A stretch of DNA of 64,000 bases from the NCBI GenBank assembly GCA_038040345.1, contig JBBPIQ010000001.1, positions 257,245 through 321,244 on the forward strand, read 5' to 3'. Origin of the DNA: Chloroflexota bacterium. Lineage in GTDB: Bacteria; Chloroflexota; Limnocylindria; P2-11E. The notes beneath the pieces were generated by a model. The model was not told the origin of the DNA. It saw only the letters and a list, made by a program, of their open reading frames with translations, and did not search any database. How positions within the stretch are numbered: position 1 is the first letter of the stretch; each line of letters starts with the position of its first letter. The position numbers and the translations under genes are program-made. This document shows positions 55,747-64,000 of the stretch, in pieces.

Positions 55747-56936
55747 GTCCGATCGAAAGTGATGAGCGGCCGTTCGCGGAAGGCGACCGCGAGCGGGAGC
55801 GCGGTCGCGATCCCAACGACGCCCGCGACGAGGAATGGTCCGATCCATCCCGAGCCGAGGTCGAGCGCGATGCCTGCGACGACCGGGCCGAGCGAGCCAA
55901 TACCGAACCCGGCGACGGCCTGCAGCGCCTGCGCCGATCCGATCCGCGCGGCCGGCGCGAGCTCGGTCACAGCGGTCGAGTACACAGCGGAATCCGCCGC
56001 GACGAGCGCACCGTAGATGCCGCCGATCGCCACGATCGCGAGCCACGGCGCGGCGAGCAGCGTCCCGAAGCCGATCGAGATGGCGCCGCTGCCCACCGCA
56101 TAGAGAAGTGCGGCGCGCGTGCGACCAACGCGATCGGAGAGCCAGCCGCCGATGAACACTCCGGGTACGCCCAGGGCGAGGATGATCGCGGCCCACTGGC
56201 TCGCGGTCGCAGAGGCGTCGGTCGGCGAGAGACCGCGTAGCGCGAAAGCCGCGGCGAGGAACGCGGCGAGCCACGCGCGCACGATGAAGAGCTCCCACGA
56301 GTGCCCGACGTACGCGGTGATCGTGCGGACGAGCGGCGCGTTGCGGAGCACGCGCAGATCGAGGTGCGCGCGCTCGCCGCGCGAGTCCGGCATTCCGCGC
56401 GAGCTGATCGCCGCGATCGGCAGCGCCGCAAGGCCGATCGCGCCGAGGATGAGGGCCGCGCCGCGCCACCCGAACGGTTCGAGCAGCAGCCCGGTCGCGA
56501 GGAACGAGAGCGAGCCCCCGAGGTAGAACGCGGCGACGTAGAGGCCGACGGCGCTGCCGCGACGCGCCGGGTCGGAGCTCTGCGCAACGAGGCGCACGCC
56601 AGGCATGTACACGCCGGCGAGTCCGAATCCGGAGAGCACTCGGAGCGCCGACGCGGTGACGACGTCGTGCGCTGTGAACGCGAACCCAAGGTTCGCGATC
56701 GCGGTGACGAGCGCGCCGATCGCGATGACGCGCGACGGCCGCACGCGATCGGTGAGTGGGAGCACGACGAGCACCGCGGCCGCGTAGCCGAGGAGATACG
56801 CCGATACGACCCATCCGAGCTCCGCGCTCGATGCGTTCCATTCGGTGCGCAGGAGCGGGAGCGCCGCCGCCGGCAGCTGCGACGGCAGAAGGACGAGCGC
56901 GAGAGTCGCCGACAGCGCTAGAGAGCGGGACCTCAC
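55743..56936 (-). CDS. MFS transporter
   Basis: Twelve TM helices and MFS motifs. Confidence 0.8.
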   Translation of the reverse strand: MRSRSLALSATLALVLLPSQLPAAALPLLRTEWNASSAELGWVVSAYLLGYAAAVLVVLPLTDRVRPSRVIAIGALVTAIANLGFAFTAHDVVTASALRVLSGFGLAGVYMPGVRLVAQSSDPARRGSAVGLYVAAFYLGGSLSFLATGLLLEPFGWRGAALILGAIGLAALPIAAISSRGMPDSRGERAHLDLRVLRNAPLVRTITAYVGHSWELFIVRAWLAAFLAAAFALRGLSPTDASATASQWAAIILALGVPGVFIGGWLSDRVGRTRAALLYAVGSGAISIGFGTLLAAPWLAIVAIGGIYGALVAADSAVYSTAVTELAPAARIGSAQALQAVAGFGIGSLGPVVAGIALDLGSGWIGPFLVAGVVGIATALPLAVAFRERPLITFDRT

Positions 56937-56986
56937 GCGGGCATGGTGACGGAACGCGGAACTGAGCCGTCGCGCGCAAGGCCTTG

Positions 56987-57008
56987 TCGATATCTATGTT
57001 GATATCGA
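56987..57008. promoter_or_regulatory. Perfect 8-6-8 palindrome TCGATATC-tatgtt-GATATCGA in the divergent MFS/HNH intergenic region
   Basis: Read directly. Confidence 0.3.
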
Positions 57009-57026
57009 ACGGATGGGCTAACGCTG

Positions 57027-57458
57027 GTGAAACGTTGCGCGCGCTGCGGCGAGACGAAGCCGCTTTCCGACTTTCACACCAACAAGAGCCGCCGCGATCG
57101 AGTGCAGACCTACTGCAAGCCGTGCCGAGCGTTGATCGACCACGATCGGTACGAGCGGATGCGCGGCACGCGCGTGCCTACTCGCGTGTGGGAGCGACGC
57201 CGCACCGAGTGGCTGCTCAGCCTGAAGGACGGCAGACCGTGCACCGACTGCGGGCGAGTATTTCCGCCCGAAGTCATGCAGTGGGATCACCTGCCCGGTG
57301 TTCTCAAGCTCGGCAACATCAGTACAGACTTGAGAGGGCGATCGCGCGACGAGGTCGTCAAAGAAATAGCCAAGTGCGAGCTGGTCTGCGCGAATTGCCA
57401 CGCGATCCGGACATTCGCGCGAGCCGGCTGGGGTAATTGGTCAGTTTCCGGTGGATGA
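57027..57458 (+). CDS. HNH endonuclease family protein with N-terminal Cys4 zinc ribbon (tandem paralog 1)
   Basis: CARCG…CKPCRA zinc ribbon. HNH core WDHLPG…KLGNIS…CELVCANCHAIRT. Confidence 0.6.
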   Translation: MKRCARCGETKPLSDFHTNKSRRDRVQTYCKPCRALIDHDRYERMRGTRVPTRVWERRRTEWLLSLKDGRPCTDCGRVFPPEVMQWDHLPGVLKLGNISTDLRGRSRDEVVKEIAKCELVCANCHAIRTFARAGWGNWSVSGG

Positions 57459-57915
57459 GAAAAGCCAGGACGACGCCACTGTCCCTGAGGGGGTGGCTTT
57501 CCGGCGCTGCGCGATGTGCGGAATGTGGAAAGCGACGAGCGAATTTCACGATTCGCGCACCGGGCAGTTTTCCTATTGCCGTGAATGTCGCCGCGCCTAC
57601 GACCGTCGCTACTACCACGAGCGTGGAAAGGAAGCGCGGCTAGCCCGGCGACGTAAACATCTGATGAAGGCGCGCGCGTGGATGGCCGCGCTCAAGGAAG
57701 GTGTGCCATGCGCGGATTGCGGTCAGTTATTCCCAGTGTTTGTCATGCACTGGGATCATCTTCCGGGCTACGAGAAACTCGGATCCATCAGCGGGATGGT
57801 GGGGAGTCGCTCGCGTACAATAACGATCGCTGAGCTCAAGAAATGCGAGCTCGTGTGCGCCAACTGTCACGTGGTGCGCACCATCAGTCGTTCGGGGCGT
57901 GGCGCAGCCCGGTAG
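57451..57915 (+). CDS. HNH endonuclease family protein (tandem paralog 2); its 3' end overlaps the first 23 nt of tRNA-Pro
   Basis: CAMCG…CRECRRA; WDHLPG…KLGSIS…CELVCANCHVVRT. Collinear with paralog 1. Confidence 0.6.
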   Translation: MDEKSQDDATVPEGVAFRRCAMCGMWKATSEFHDSRTGQFSYCRECRRAYDRRYYHERGKEARLARRRKHLMKARAWMAALKEGVPCADCGQLFPVFVMHWDHLPGYEKLGSISGMVGSRSRTITIAELKKCELVCANCHVVRTISRSGRGAAR

Positions 57916-57966
57916 CGCGCTTGGTCTGGGACCAAGAAGTCGAGAGTTCAAATCTCTCCGCCCCGA
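57893..57966 (+). tRNA. tRNA-Pro (anticodon TGG)
   Basis: Manual fold: acceptor CGGGGCG/CGCCCCG, D-arm GCGC…GCGC, anticodon arm CTTGG-TCTGGGA-CCAAG, T-arm GAGAG-TTCAAAT-CTCTC, discriminator A. Confidence 0.8.
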
Positions 57967-57982
57967 CCGCACAATTCACTAG

Positions 57983-58615
57983 ATGCTGATCCACAGACAC
58001 GACGAACCGCTCACCGACGCCGAGTGGCGCGACTTCCTCAAGACCCACGACTTCGGCGACTTCATCGTCCCCGGTGCGCCGACGCGCGACCTTCCCGTCG
58101 TCGTGCCGACGCATTTCATCTGGGACGGCGACAAGACCGTGCTGCTCCATCTCGCGCGCGCCAACCCCGTCTGGCAGGCCATCGAGGAGCGGCCGCGCGC
58201 GCTGCTATCGGTCTTCGGCGCGTACGCCTACATCCCCGGCCACTGGAATCAGGACGAGTACGGCGTGCCGACGAGCTACTACGCGGCGGTGCAGCTCGCG
58301 TGCGACATCGAGCCGATCGACGACGACGCTGCTCTCGCGAAGATCCTCGACCGACAGCTCGCGCACTTTCAGCCGGAAGGAAAGCACGCGCCGGTCGAGC
58401 CAGGCGACAACAGATATGCGAAGCAGTTCGGCGCGATCCGCGGGCTGCGCCTCACGGTCACGGACGTGCGCGCGAAATTCAAGTTCGGGGGCAACCGGAC
58501 GCAGCAGCATCGCGACGTTGTCGCGAAGAATCTCGGCGACCGCGGATCGTCGCTCGACCGCGAGGCGCGCGCCTACACGCTCACGCGCGGAGGAAAGCCC
58601 GGCCCGAACCTCTAG
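57983..58615 (+). CDS. FMN-binding negative transcriptional regulator (PaiB family)
   Basis: PaiB-like sequence throughout. Confidence 0.7.
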   Translation: MLIHRHDEPLTDAEWRDFLKTHDFGDFIVPGAPTRDLPVVVPTHFIWDGDKTVLLHLARANPVWQAIEERPRALLSVFGAYAYIPGHWNQDEYGVPTSYYAAVQLACDIEPIDDDAALAKILDRQLAHFQPEGKHAPVEPGDNRYAKQFGAIRGLRLTVTDVRAKFKFGGNRTQQHRDVVAKNLGDRGSSLDREARAYTLTRGGKPGPNL

Positions 58616-58634
58616 CGGACCGGGCCTCCCTGAG

Positions 58635-59708
58635 TCACGGACACGCCGAGCTCAAAAGGTCGTTCGGGTTAGAGCCGCTGGCCGCCTGCGCAATCCTCGC
58701 GGACTGGATGCCGAGCGGTTGGAACGGCGGTGTTGCCTGGATGTTCGGGCTCCCGAGATGCAGCTTGTAGCAGCCCGAGAAGATCGTCGTGCTGCCATCG
58801 GCGTTCGAGGCGGTCACCACAGCCGGCACGCTGTAGTAGAGCTGGCCGGCGCCGGCATCGGTGGTGCCTGGTTTCGTCAGGAGCGTGACGGATTTCGTGT
58901 TCGCGTATCCCGCGGCGAAGATCTCGAATGGGGCAAGGCCCGCCGCACCAGACTCCCAGTATCCGTACGCGCGCGTGTATTCCTTGCGATTGACGGCGTT
59001 GTAGAGCGAGCGGATGACCACCTCGCCCACGCTGCGATCGTCGATGTACTGCGCGGCATCGATGCTTGTGCCACCCGCAGCCCACGGCAGGGGCTGGGCG
59101 TTCGCGGTTCCGCACGCGCTGGCCAGCCCACTCCGTGCTGCCGCGGCGCTCGCGACGGCCGATACCTGGCCCCCCTGTATCGCCATCGGTTTGAACGGCG
59201 GGGCGGCCTGAATCTCGGGCCGTGCAAGATGAACCGTGTAGCAGCCCACGAAGTTCTGCGCCCCGCCGCTCGTCGTCGAGAAGACGGCTGCGGGAACGCT
59301 CCAGTAGAGCTGCCCCGCCCCCGGGCTGCCGCCGACGGTTCCGAGCTCGACCTGCACCGCAGTCGTGTCAGCGAAGCCCTTGGCGAATACGTCGTAGGTC
59401 GCGAGCGTCGTGCTCGGCTCCCAGTACCCATACGCGCGCAGGTACTGGCGTTTTCCGATCGCGTCGTAGTAGGAGCGGATGAGCTGCTCAGCGCTGCTCC
59501 GGTCATCGAGGTACGCAGCCTCGGGCGCCGCCGTCGGAGATGCGGTCGGAGCCGCGGTCGGCTGCGTGGACGCACTCGGGACCGGCGATGCCGTCGGCGA
59601 TGCGCTCCCGCCCGTGCCGGCGTTTGGCCCCGTCGCGCACGCGATCGTGAGCGAGGCGACGAGAGCCGCGACGAGTAAAGCGATCTTCCGGTTTGTCATC
59701 GGAACCAC
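58635..59708 (-). CDS. Lipoprotein with an internal tandem duplication (two ~140-aa repeats)
   Basis: Lipobox LTIAC. Repeat 1 YLDDRSSAEQLIRSYYDAIGKRQYLRAYGYWE…GCYTVHL… against repeat 2 YIDDRSVGEVVIRSLYNAVNRKEYTRAYGYWE…GCYKLHL…. Confidence 0.55.
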   Translation of the reverse strand: MVPMTNRKIALLVAALVASLTIACATGPNAGTGGSASPTASPVPSASTQPTAAPTASPTAAPEAAYLDDRSSAEQLIRSYYDAIGKRQYLRAYGYWEPSTTLATYDVFAKGFADTTAVQVELGTVGGSPGAGQLYWSVPAAVFSTTSGGAQNFVGCYTVHLARPEIQAAPPFKPMAIQGGQVSAVASAAAARSGLASACGTANAQPLPWAAGGTSIDAAQYIDDRSVGEVVIRSLYNAVNRKEYTRAYGYWESGAAGLAPFEIFAAGYANTKSVTLLTKPGTTDAGAGQLYYSVPAVVTASNADGSTTIFSGCYKLHLGSPNIQATPPFQPLGIQSARIAQAASGSNPNDLLSSACP

Positions 59709-60914
59709 GCCTCCTCGAGCACGCGCATCACGTTGCCGCCGATCGCCTTCGCGATGTCCCCGTCGGAGTAGTCGTGCTTCACCATCCAGCGAACGATGTT
59801 CGGGAATGCCTCCGCCGGGTTCTCGATGCCGTCGACGTATGCGACCTCCTCGTACTGGACACCACGATTGACCGCACCGATCGACAGCTGCTTCGCGTAG
59901 TAGTGGTGGAGCCCGACGTGGTCACCGAAGAGCGTGTCCGGCCCGAACGCGACGTGATCGATCCCCATCAGATCCGCGCAGTACTCGAAGTGCTCCATGA
60001 AGCTTTCGATGTTGTGCTTCGGGTGCTTCTTGGTGAGCGTCGTGTGTGGCGCGGCTTCGATGCCGATGACGCCGCCCTTCGCCGCGAGCGCCTTCAGCAG
60101 TTCATCGGGCTTCATCCGCTTCGTGTTCCAAAGCCCTCGCGCGCCGGCGTGCGTGGCGAAGATCGGCTTCTCGCTCGCCTCGATGGTGTCGAGCGAGGTC
60201 TGATCGCCGGAGTGCGATACGTCGATCGCGATGCCCAGCTTGTTCATGCGCCTGACCGCCAAGCGGCCAAAGTCCGTAAGCCCGCCGTCGCGCGCCTCGC
60301 GCAGCCCGCCGCCTAGCGTGTTCGCCTCGCTGTACGCGATGCCCGACGAGCGAATCCCGAGTCCGTAGAGGATGTCGAGGCGATCAACCTCGTTCTCGAT
60401 CGGGGTCGCAGCCTCGAGGGACGCGATGAACGCGATCTGGCCGTTCGCCTTGGCACGCTTCACATCGTCGAGGTCCTCGCCGCGGATGACGAATTCCTGA
60501 TGCGCGAGATCCGACAAACGCATGCCGAGGTCGTAGATCACGTCGTCCCATTTCCAAGCAGCCTTCGACGTGATCGTCCCGGTGCCGTCCAAGAGGTTGT
60601 CGAAGACCGCGTCTAGGCCGGAGATGGCGAGGCCCGCATATCCGGTGAAGTCGTCCCTGTCGCCGGTGTTCGGCTAGCTCGCTGGGATCCTCGGGGATCA
60701 TGACGCAGTGATCGTGAAGCGAGACCACGAGGTTCTGGTCCAGCAAACGCCACACGCGCTCTTCCTGTGCGTCGCTGACTTCGACCTTGCGCGAGGGCAC
60801 GCGGTCGAGCTCCTTGGCGAGCTTGAACTCCCGGTAATCCGTCCCTGGCTCGAGATAGTCGAAGCTCTTGTAACCTTCGTATTTCGTGCGCTTCCCGACG
60901 CCGGCTGTCTTCAT
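59696..60914 (-). CDS. M19 family membrane dipeptidase with an apparent single-base frameshift near 60630-60650
   Basis: N-terminus (…VVSLHDHCVMIPEDPSELAEHRRQG) in ORF 60384-60914. Remainder (…DDFTGYAGLAISGLDAVFDNLLDGTGT…) in ORF 59696-60592, one frame apart. Confidence 0.55.
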
Positions 60915-60938
60915 CGGTTGCCTCCCCTGCGCGTGGCG

Positions 60939-62501
60939 CTAGTCCGGCGGGTTGAACCGCCCGCGGTAATTCACGTCAAGGATCGTGAGCCGTTCGAGGT
61001 GCGTCGCGAGCCGCTGCTGAAAGTCAGCCCAGTTTCGCGTCTCGCCCGGCGACCACAGCACGTCGGCGAGCGCGATGAGGCGCGGCCAGGCCATGTACTC
61101 GACGCGCTTCGGATCGGGCATGTACTCCGTCCAGATCTGTCCCTGCCCGCCGAGGACGTGCTTCGCCTCGTCGGCGGAGAGCTCCTTTGGCACCGGCTGG
61201 TACGCGTACACGGCCTCGAGCGAGTTGTGATTGCCGATCCCCGGCGGCTCCGTCGGGAGCTCCGTCTGCGAGTAGTCCATGTATGTGGGTTTGTTCGGCG
61301 CCATGACCACGTCGTGTCCAGCCTTCGCGGCCGCGATGCCGCCCTCCTCGCCGCGCCAGCTCATCACCGTCGCGCCGGGAGCGAGACCGCCTTCGAGGAT
61401 TTCGTCCCAGCCGACGAGGCGCCGCCCGCGCTTCGCAAGCCATGAATCGAAGTGGCCGATGAACCAGGACTGGAGCTCGTCCTCGTTCTTGAGCCCCTCC
61501 TTCTTCATGCGCTCCTGGGCGGAGGGGGTGTTGCGCCACTCGGTCTTCGGGCACTCGTCACCGCCAACGTGAATGAACTTCGACGGGAAGAGCTCGAGCA
61601 CTTCGTCAAAGACATCCTCAAAAAAGCGCAGCACCTTGTCGGTCACGCCGAGCACATGGTCGGTGATGCCCCAGTACGTCAGGACCTCGATCTGCTTTCC
61701 GGTATTTCCAAGCTCCGGATATGCCGCGATCGCGGCCATCGCGTGCCCCGGCATCTCGATCTCCGGCACCACATTGATCCCGCGCTCCGCGGCGTAGCGC
61801 ACGACCTCGCGCACGTCGTCCTGCGTGTAGAAGCCGCCGTGCGGCCTGCCCGCGAACTTGCGAGCCGCCGGGTCCTTCGTTCGCGGCGCCGTCATCGAAT
61901 CCTTGCGGAACGCGCCCACGCTGGTGAGCTTCGGGTACTTCTTGATCTCGATGCGCCAGCCCTGGTCCTCGGTGAGATGCCAGTGGAAGACGTTGAACTT
62001 ATGGAGTGCCAGGAGATCGATGTGCTTGAGCACGAACTCCTTCGGCATGAAATGGCGACCGACGTCGAGGTGACTCCCGCGCCACCCGAAACGCGGACGG
62101 TCCTCGATCTCGACAGCCGGGATAGCCCACGACGCGCCGGCGACCGGAGCGCGCCGGAAGATATCGGGCGGGAGCAGCTGCCGCAGCGTTTGCGAGCCGT
62201 AGAGGATGCCGGCCGGTTTGGGCGCGCGAATGGCGACCTCGTCGGCGGTCACGGTCAGGCGATAGCCCTCGTCGCCCAGAGTGGCGAGCGACGGGTCGAG
62301 CGCGAGCGCGATGCGCGACCCTGTTCCCGACGACGCGACCGACAGGGGCAGACCGGTCGCGGGGCGCAGCTGGTCGCGGAGCAGCTCGGCCTGGGCGCGC
62401 AGATCGTTGCCCGCAACGATCGATGTCGTCGCGCCGAGCGGGAACGAGCCTGAGCGCGGCGTGAGCTTCACAGGGATGGGGATGAGGCTCATGGGGGGCA
62501 C
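60939..62501 (-). CDS. Glycoside hydrolase family 20 beta-N-acetylhexosaminidase
   Basis: GH20 catalytic region HLTEDQGWRIEI with the catalytic D-E pair. Confidence 0.85.
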   Translation of the reverse strand: MPPMSLIPIPVKLTPRSGSFPLGATTSIVAGNDLRAQAELLRDQLRPATGLPLSVASSGTGSRIALALDPSLATLGDEGYRLTVTADEVAIRAPKPAGILYGSQTLRQLLPPDIFRRAPVAGASWAIPAVEIEDRPRFGWRGSHLDVGRHFMPKEFVLKHIDLLALHKFNVFHWHLTEDQGWRIEIKKYPKLTSVGAFRKDSMTAPRTKDPAARKFAGRPHGGFYTQDDVREVVRYAAERGINVVPEIEMPGHAMAAIAAYPELGNTGKQIEVLTYWGITDHVLGVTDKVLRFFEDVFDEVLELFPSKFIHVGGDECPKTEWRNTPSAQERMKKEGLKNEDELQSWFIGHFDSWLAKRGRRLVGWDEILEGGLAPGATVMSWRGEEGGIAAAKAGHDVVMAPNKPTYMDYSQTELPTEPPGIGNHNSLEAVYAYQPVPKELSADEAKHVLGGQGQIWTEYMPDPKRVEYMAWPRLIALADVLWSPGETRNWADFQQRLATHLERLTILDVNYRGRFNPPD

Positions 62502-62526
62502 CAGGGGATGCTAGCCGCGCGAAGGT

Positions 62527-63672
62527 CTAGGCCGCTGCGACCTCTGCTCGCCTGTTGCCGACGACCGCCATCGTCGTCGCGCCCATGCCGAAGAGGAGCG
62601 CGCAGAAGATGACGAGCCCGCCAAGTATTGGGATGAGCGCAACGAGGAGCAGCACGATGAGCCCGATGATGAGCGCAAGCCAGACCGGCACGGGCCGGTG
62701 CGCGATACGCAGGAGCGCTCCGCCGACGCCGACTGCCGCGACCGGAATGCCCAGCGCGAGAACGACGCCGAACATCGCGAGCACGACGAACCCGATCCAC
62801 CACCCGCCGATCAACGCGCCGACCGCGAAGAACAGGATCGAGAGGATCGGAAGGCCGATGAGCACGAGCGCTCCAATACCAAGAGTCAGCCACGGCGATC
62901 GGACGAGGGCCTCGCCCGCTCGGCGTGAGAAGCCCGGGAAGAAGAACACAACGAGGATCCCAAGGATCAGCAGGCCGATCAGGCCCTTTAGCCATTCGAT
63001 GACGAGCGCAGCTGGGCCCGTCACGAGGGGTGCGCGATCGTTAGCGGGGGTCTGCCGTTCGATCGAGCCCTTCACCGAAGACGCATTCGCGATCTGCGCG
63101 TCGTTCTTGCTCGTGTACTTGACGTTGCCGCCGATGGTCGCGCGGTCGGTGAGCTGAAGCTTGTCGACGGTCGCGAGCACATTGCCGCCCACGCCGCCAT
63201 CGATCTTCACGTTCGTGCCGCCTGCCTGAAGGTCGCGGCCGATCTGACCGGTGACCGTCGCGTTCGTCGCGCCGACGATGACGTCCCGTCCCACGCGACC
63301 GTTGCTCAGGATGGTCAGCTCGTTCCCGCCGAAGAGAAAATCGTTCGCCACCTTTCCATCGAGGACGATGGTGTTTCCCGCGGCGCGCACGCTCCCTCCG
63401 ACCTGGCCGCGGATCGTGACGCTCTGGCCGCCCGCGATCACATCACCGGTGACGGTGCCATCGATGGTGATGAAATTGCCGGCCGCGATCAGATCCCCGT
63501 GGATCGTTCCGTTGATCGCGACGTTCGTGCCGAAGGCATAGAGGTCATCTTCGATCGTCTCGGTGGTGCCGATCGTGATGTCCTGACCCTGGCGGATGTC
63601 CGCCGCGGCGGCCGGAGTGGGGGTCATTGCGAGGATCAGGACAACCAGAGCCAGAAGACGGAGGGGGCGCAT
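62527..63672 (-). CDS. Secreted beta-helix repeat (bactofilin-like / polymer-forming) protein with C-terminal multi-TM anchor
   Basis: Signal peptide. Repeated GxxVxIxGxVxGDV units. Four C-terminal TM helices. Confidence 0.55.
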   Translation of the reverse strand: MRPLRLLALVVLILAMTPTPAAAADIRQGQDITIGTTETIEDDLYAFGTNVAINGTIHGDLIAAGNFITIDGTVTGDVIAGGQSVTIRGQVGGSVRAAGNTIVLDGKVANDFLFGGNELTILSNGRVGRDVIVGATNATVTGQIGRDLQAGGTNVKIDGGVGGNVLATVDKLQLTDRATIGGNVKYTSKNDAQIANASSVKGSIERQTPANDRAPLVTGPAALVIEWLKGLIGLLILGILVVFFFPGFSRRAGEALVRSPWLTLGIGALVLIGLPILSILFFAVGALIGGWWIGFVVLAMFGVVLALGIPVAAVGVGGALLRIAHRPVPVWLALIIGLIVLLLVALIPILGGLVIFCALLFGMGATTMAVVGNRRAEVAAA

Positions 63673-63683
63673 CGCTGCGGATA

Positions 63684-64000
63684 CTAACCAACCGCCAGCG
63701 CGACCACCCCCACGACCATGGCGGCCGCCCCGATACCGCGACGCATAACGTGCCCCTCTGCGAGCACGCGCGCGCCAAGGATCGCGCCGATCAGGATGCC
63801 GATCTCGCGCGCCGGGGCAACGTACGACACCGGACTCACCACGAGCGCGGTGAGCACGAGGATGTACGCGAGCCGGCTCAGCACCCCGACGCCGATCACG
63901 GCGCCCCGGTGGCGCGCCCAGGCCTCACGCACCGCGTCGCGCCGGCGAAGCGCGATGGGAGTGACCACCAGGGCTTGGCCGACGACGGTCGTCCAGTCAT
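63684..64000 (-). CDS. Membrane protein, C-terminal fragment (EamA-like); 5' end lies beyond the window
   Basis: Stop at 63684-63686. The open frame runs past the window end. Hydrophobic. Confidence 0.35.
   Translation of the reverse strand, partial: DWTTVVGQALVVTPIALRRRDAVREAWARHRGAVIGVGVLSRLAYILVLTALVVSPVSYVAPAREIGILIGAILGARVLAEGHVMRRGIGAAAMVVGVVALAVG

Noticed and set aside
1-64000. CRISPR arrays, rRNA genes, integrases/transposases, toxin-antitoxin pairs
   Set aside because: No short direct-repeat/spacer arrays, no rRNA-like conserved segments and no DDE or tyrosine/serine recombinase motifs were seen in any frame.

Overview
This is a high-GC (roughly 68-70%) bacterial chromosomal window, and the gene content looks actinobacterium-like. 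Supporting genes include a CysS/MshC-type ligase, DinB_2 proteins, the CysO-CysM-Mec sulfur-carrier cysteine pathway, a MoxR-DUF58-RDD-SpoIIM cluster, an MMPL transporter and a caa3-type cytochrome oxidase with subunit IV. Gene density is high and many neighbouring genes overlap by 4 nt (ATGA/GTGA). Housekeeping blocks are a cytochrome c oxidase locus (ctaC, ctaD, ctaE, ctaF, a CtaA-CtaB fusion, CtaG, SCO1 and cupredoxins) and a canonical csoR-YHS-copA copper efflux operon. Further blocks are cysM-cysO-mec, the MoxR/VWA-like cluster, MMPL/MFS transporters, a GH20 hexosaminidase and two tRNAs: tRNA-Glu(TTC) at 21124-21197 on the minus strand and tRNA-Pro(TGG) at 57893-57966 on the plus strand. 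The most striking observation is in the 5.9-10.7 kb region. Three redox genes there (a TlpA/Prx-like thiol:disulfide oxidoreductase, an ArsM-like SAM methyltransferase and a DsrE/YchN-like protein) each carry one in-frame TGA exactly where the family's conserved redox or catalytic cysteine sits. In each case the conserved coding sequence continues after the TGA, and a 17-20 nt hairpin begins 11-18 nt downstream, which is the geometry of a bacterial selenocysteine insertion sequence (SECIS). These are candidate selenoproteins. They sit with rhodanese, OsmC and an HD-LuxR regulator in what looks like a selenium/sulfur redox module. The module lies inside a roughly 15 kb segment bounded by tRNA-Glu and a 41-nt exact copy of its 3' half (5799-5839), with two 97-nt repeats that have conserved termini. 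That pattern fits tandem tRNA-integrated genomic islands with no integrase left. The same segment carries an atypical heavy-metal P-type ATPase (CPD transmembrane motif, CPCC N-terminal motif) in an operon with SHOCT proteins, a cupredoxin, an MFS transporter, a methyltransferase and an ABM protein. Other points are three apparent single-base frameshifts, a CsoR-type palindrome over the csoR start codon, a tiny secreted two-cysteine peptide next to a BlaI/M56-peptidase pair, and tandem HNH endonuclease paralogs running into tRNA-Pro. No CRISPR arrays, rRNA or obvious integrase/transposase genes were seen.
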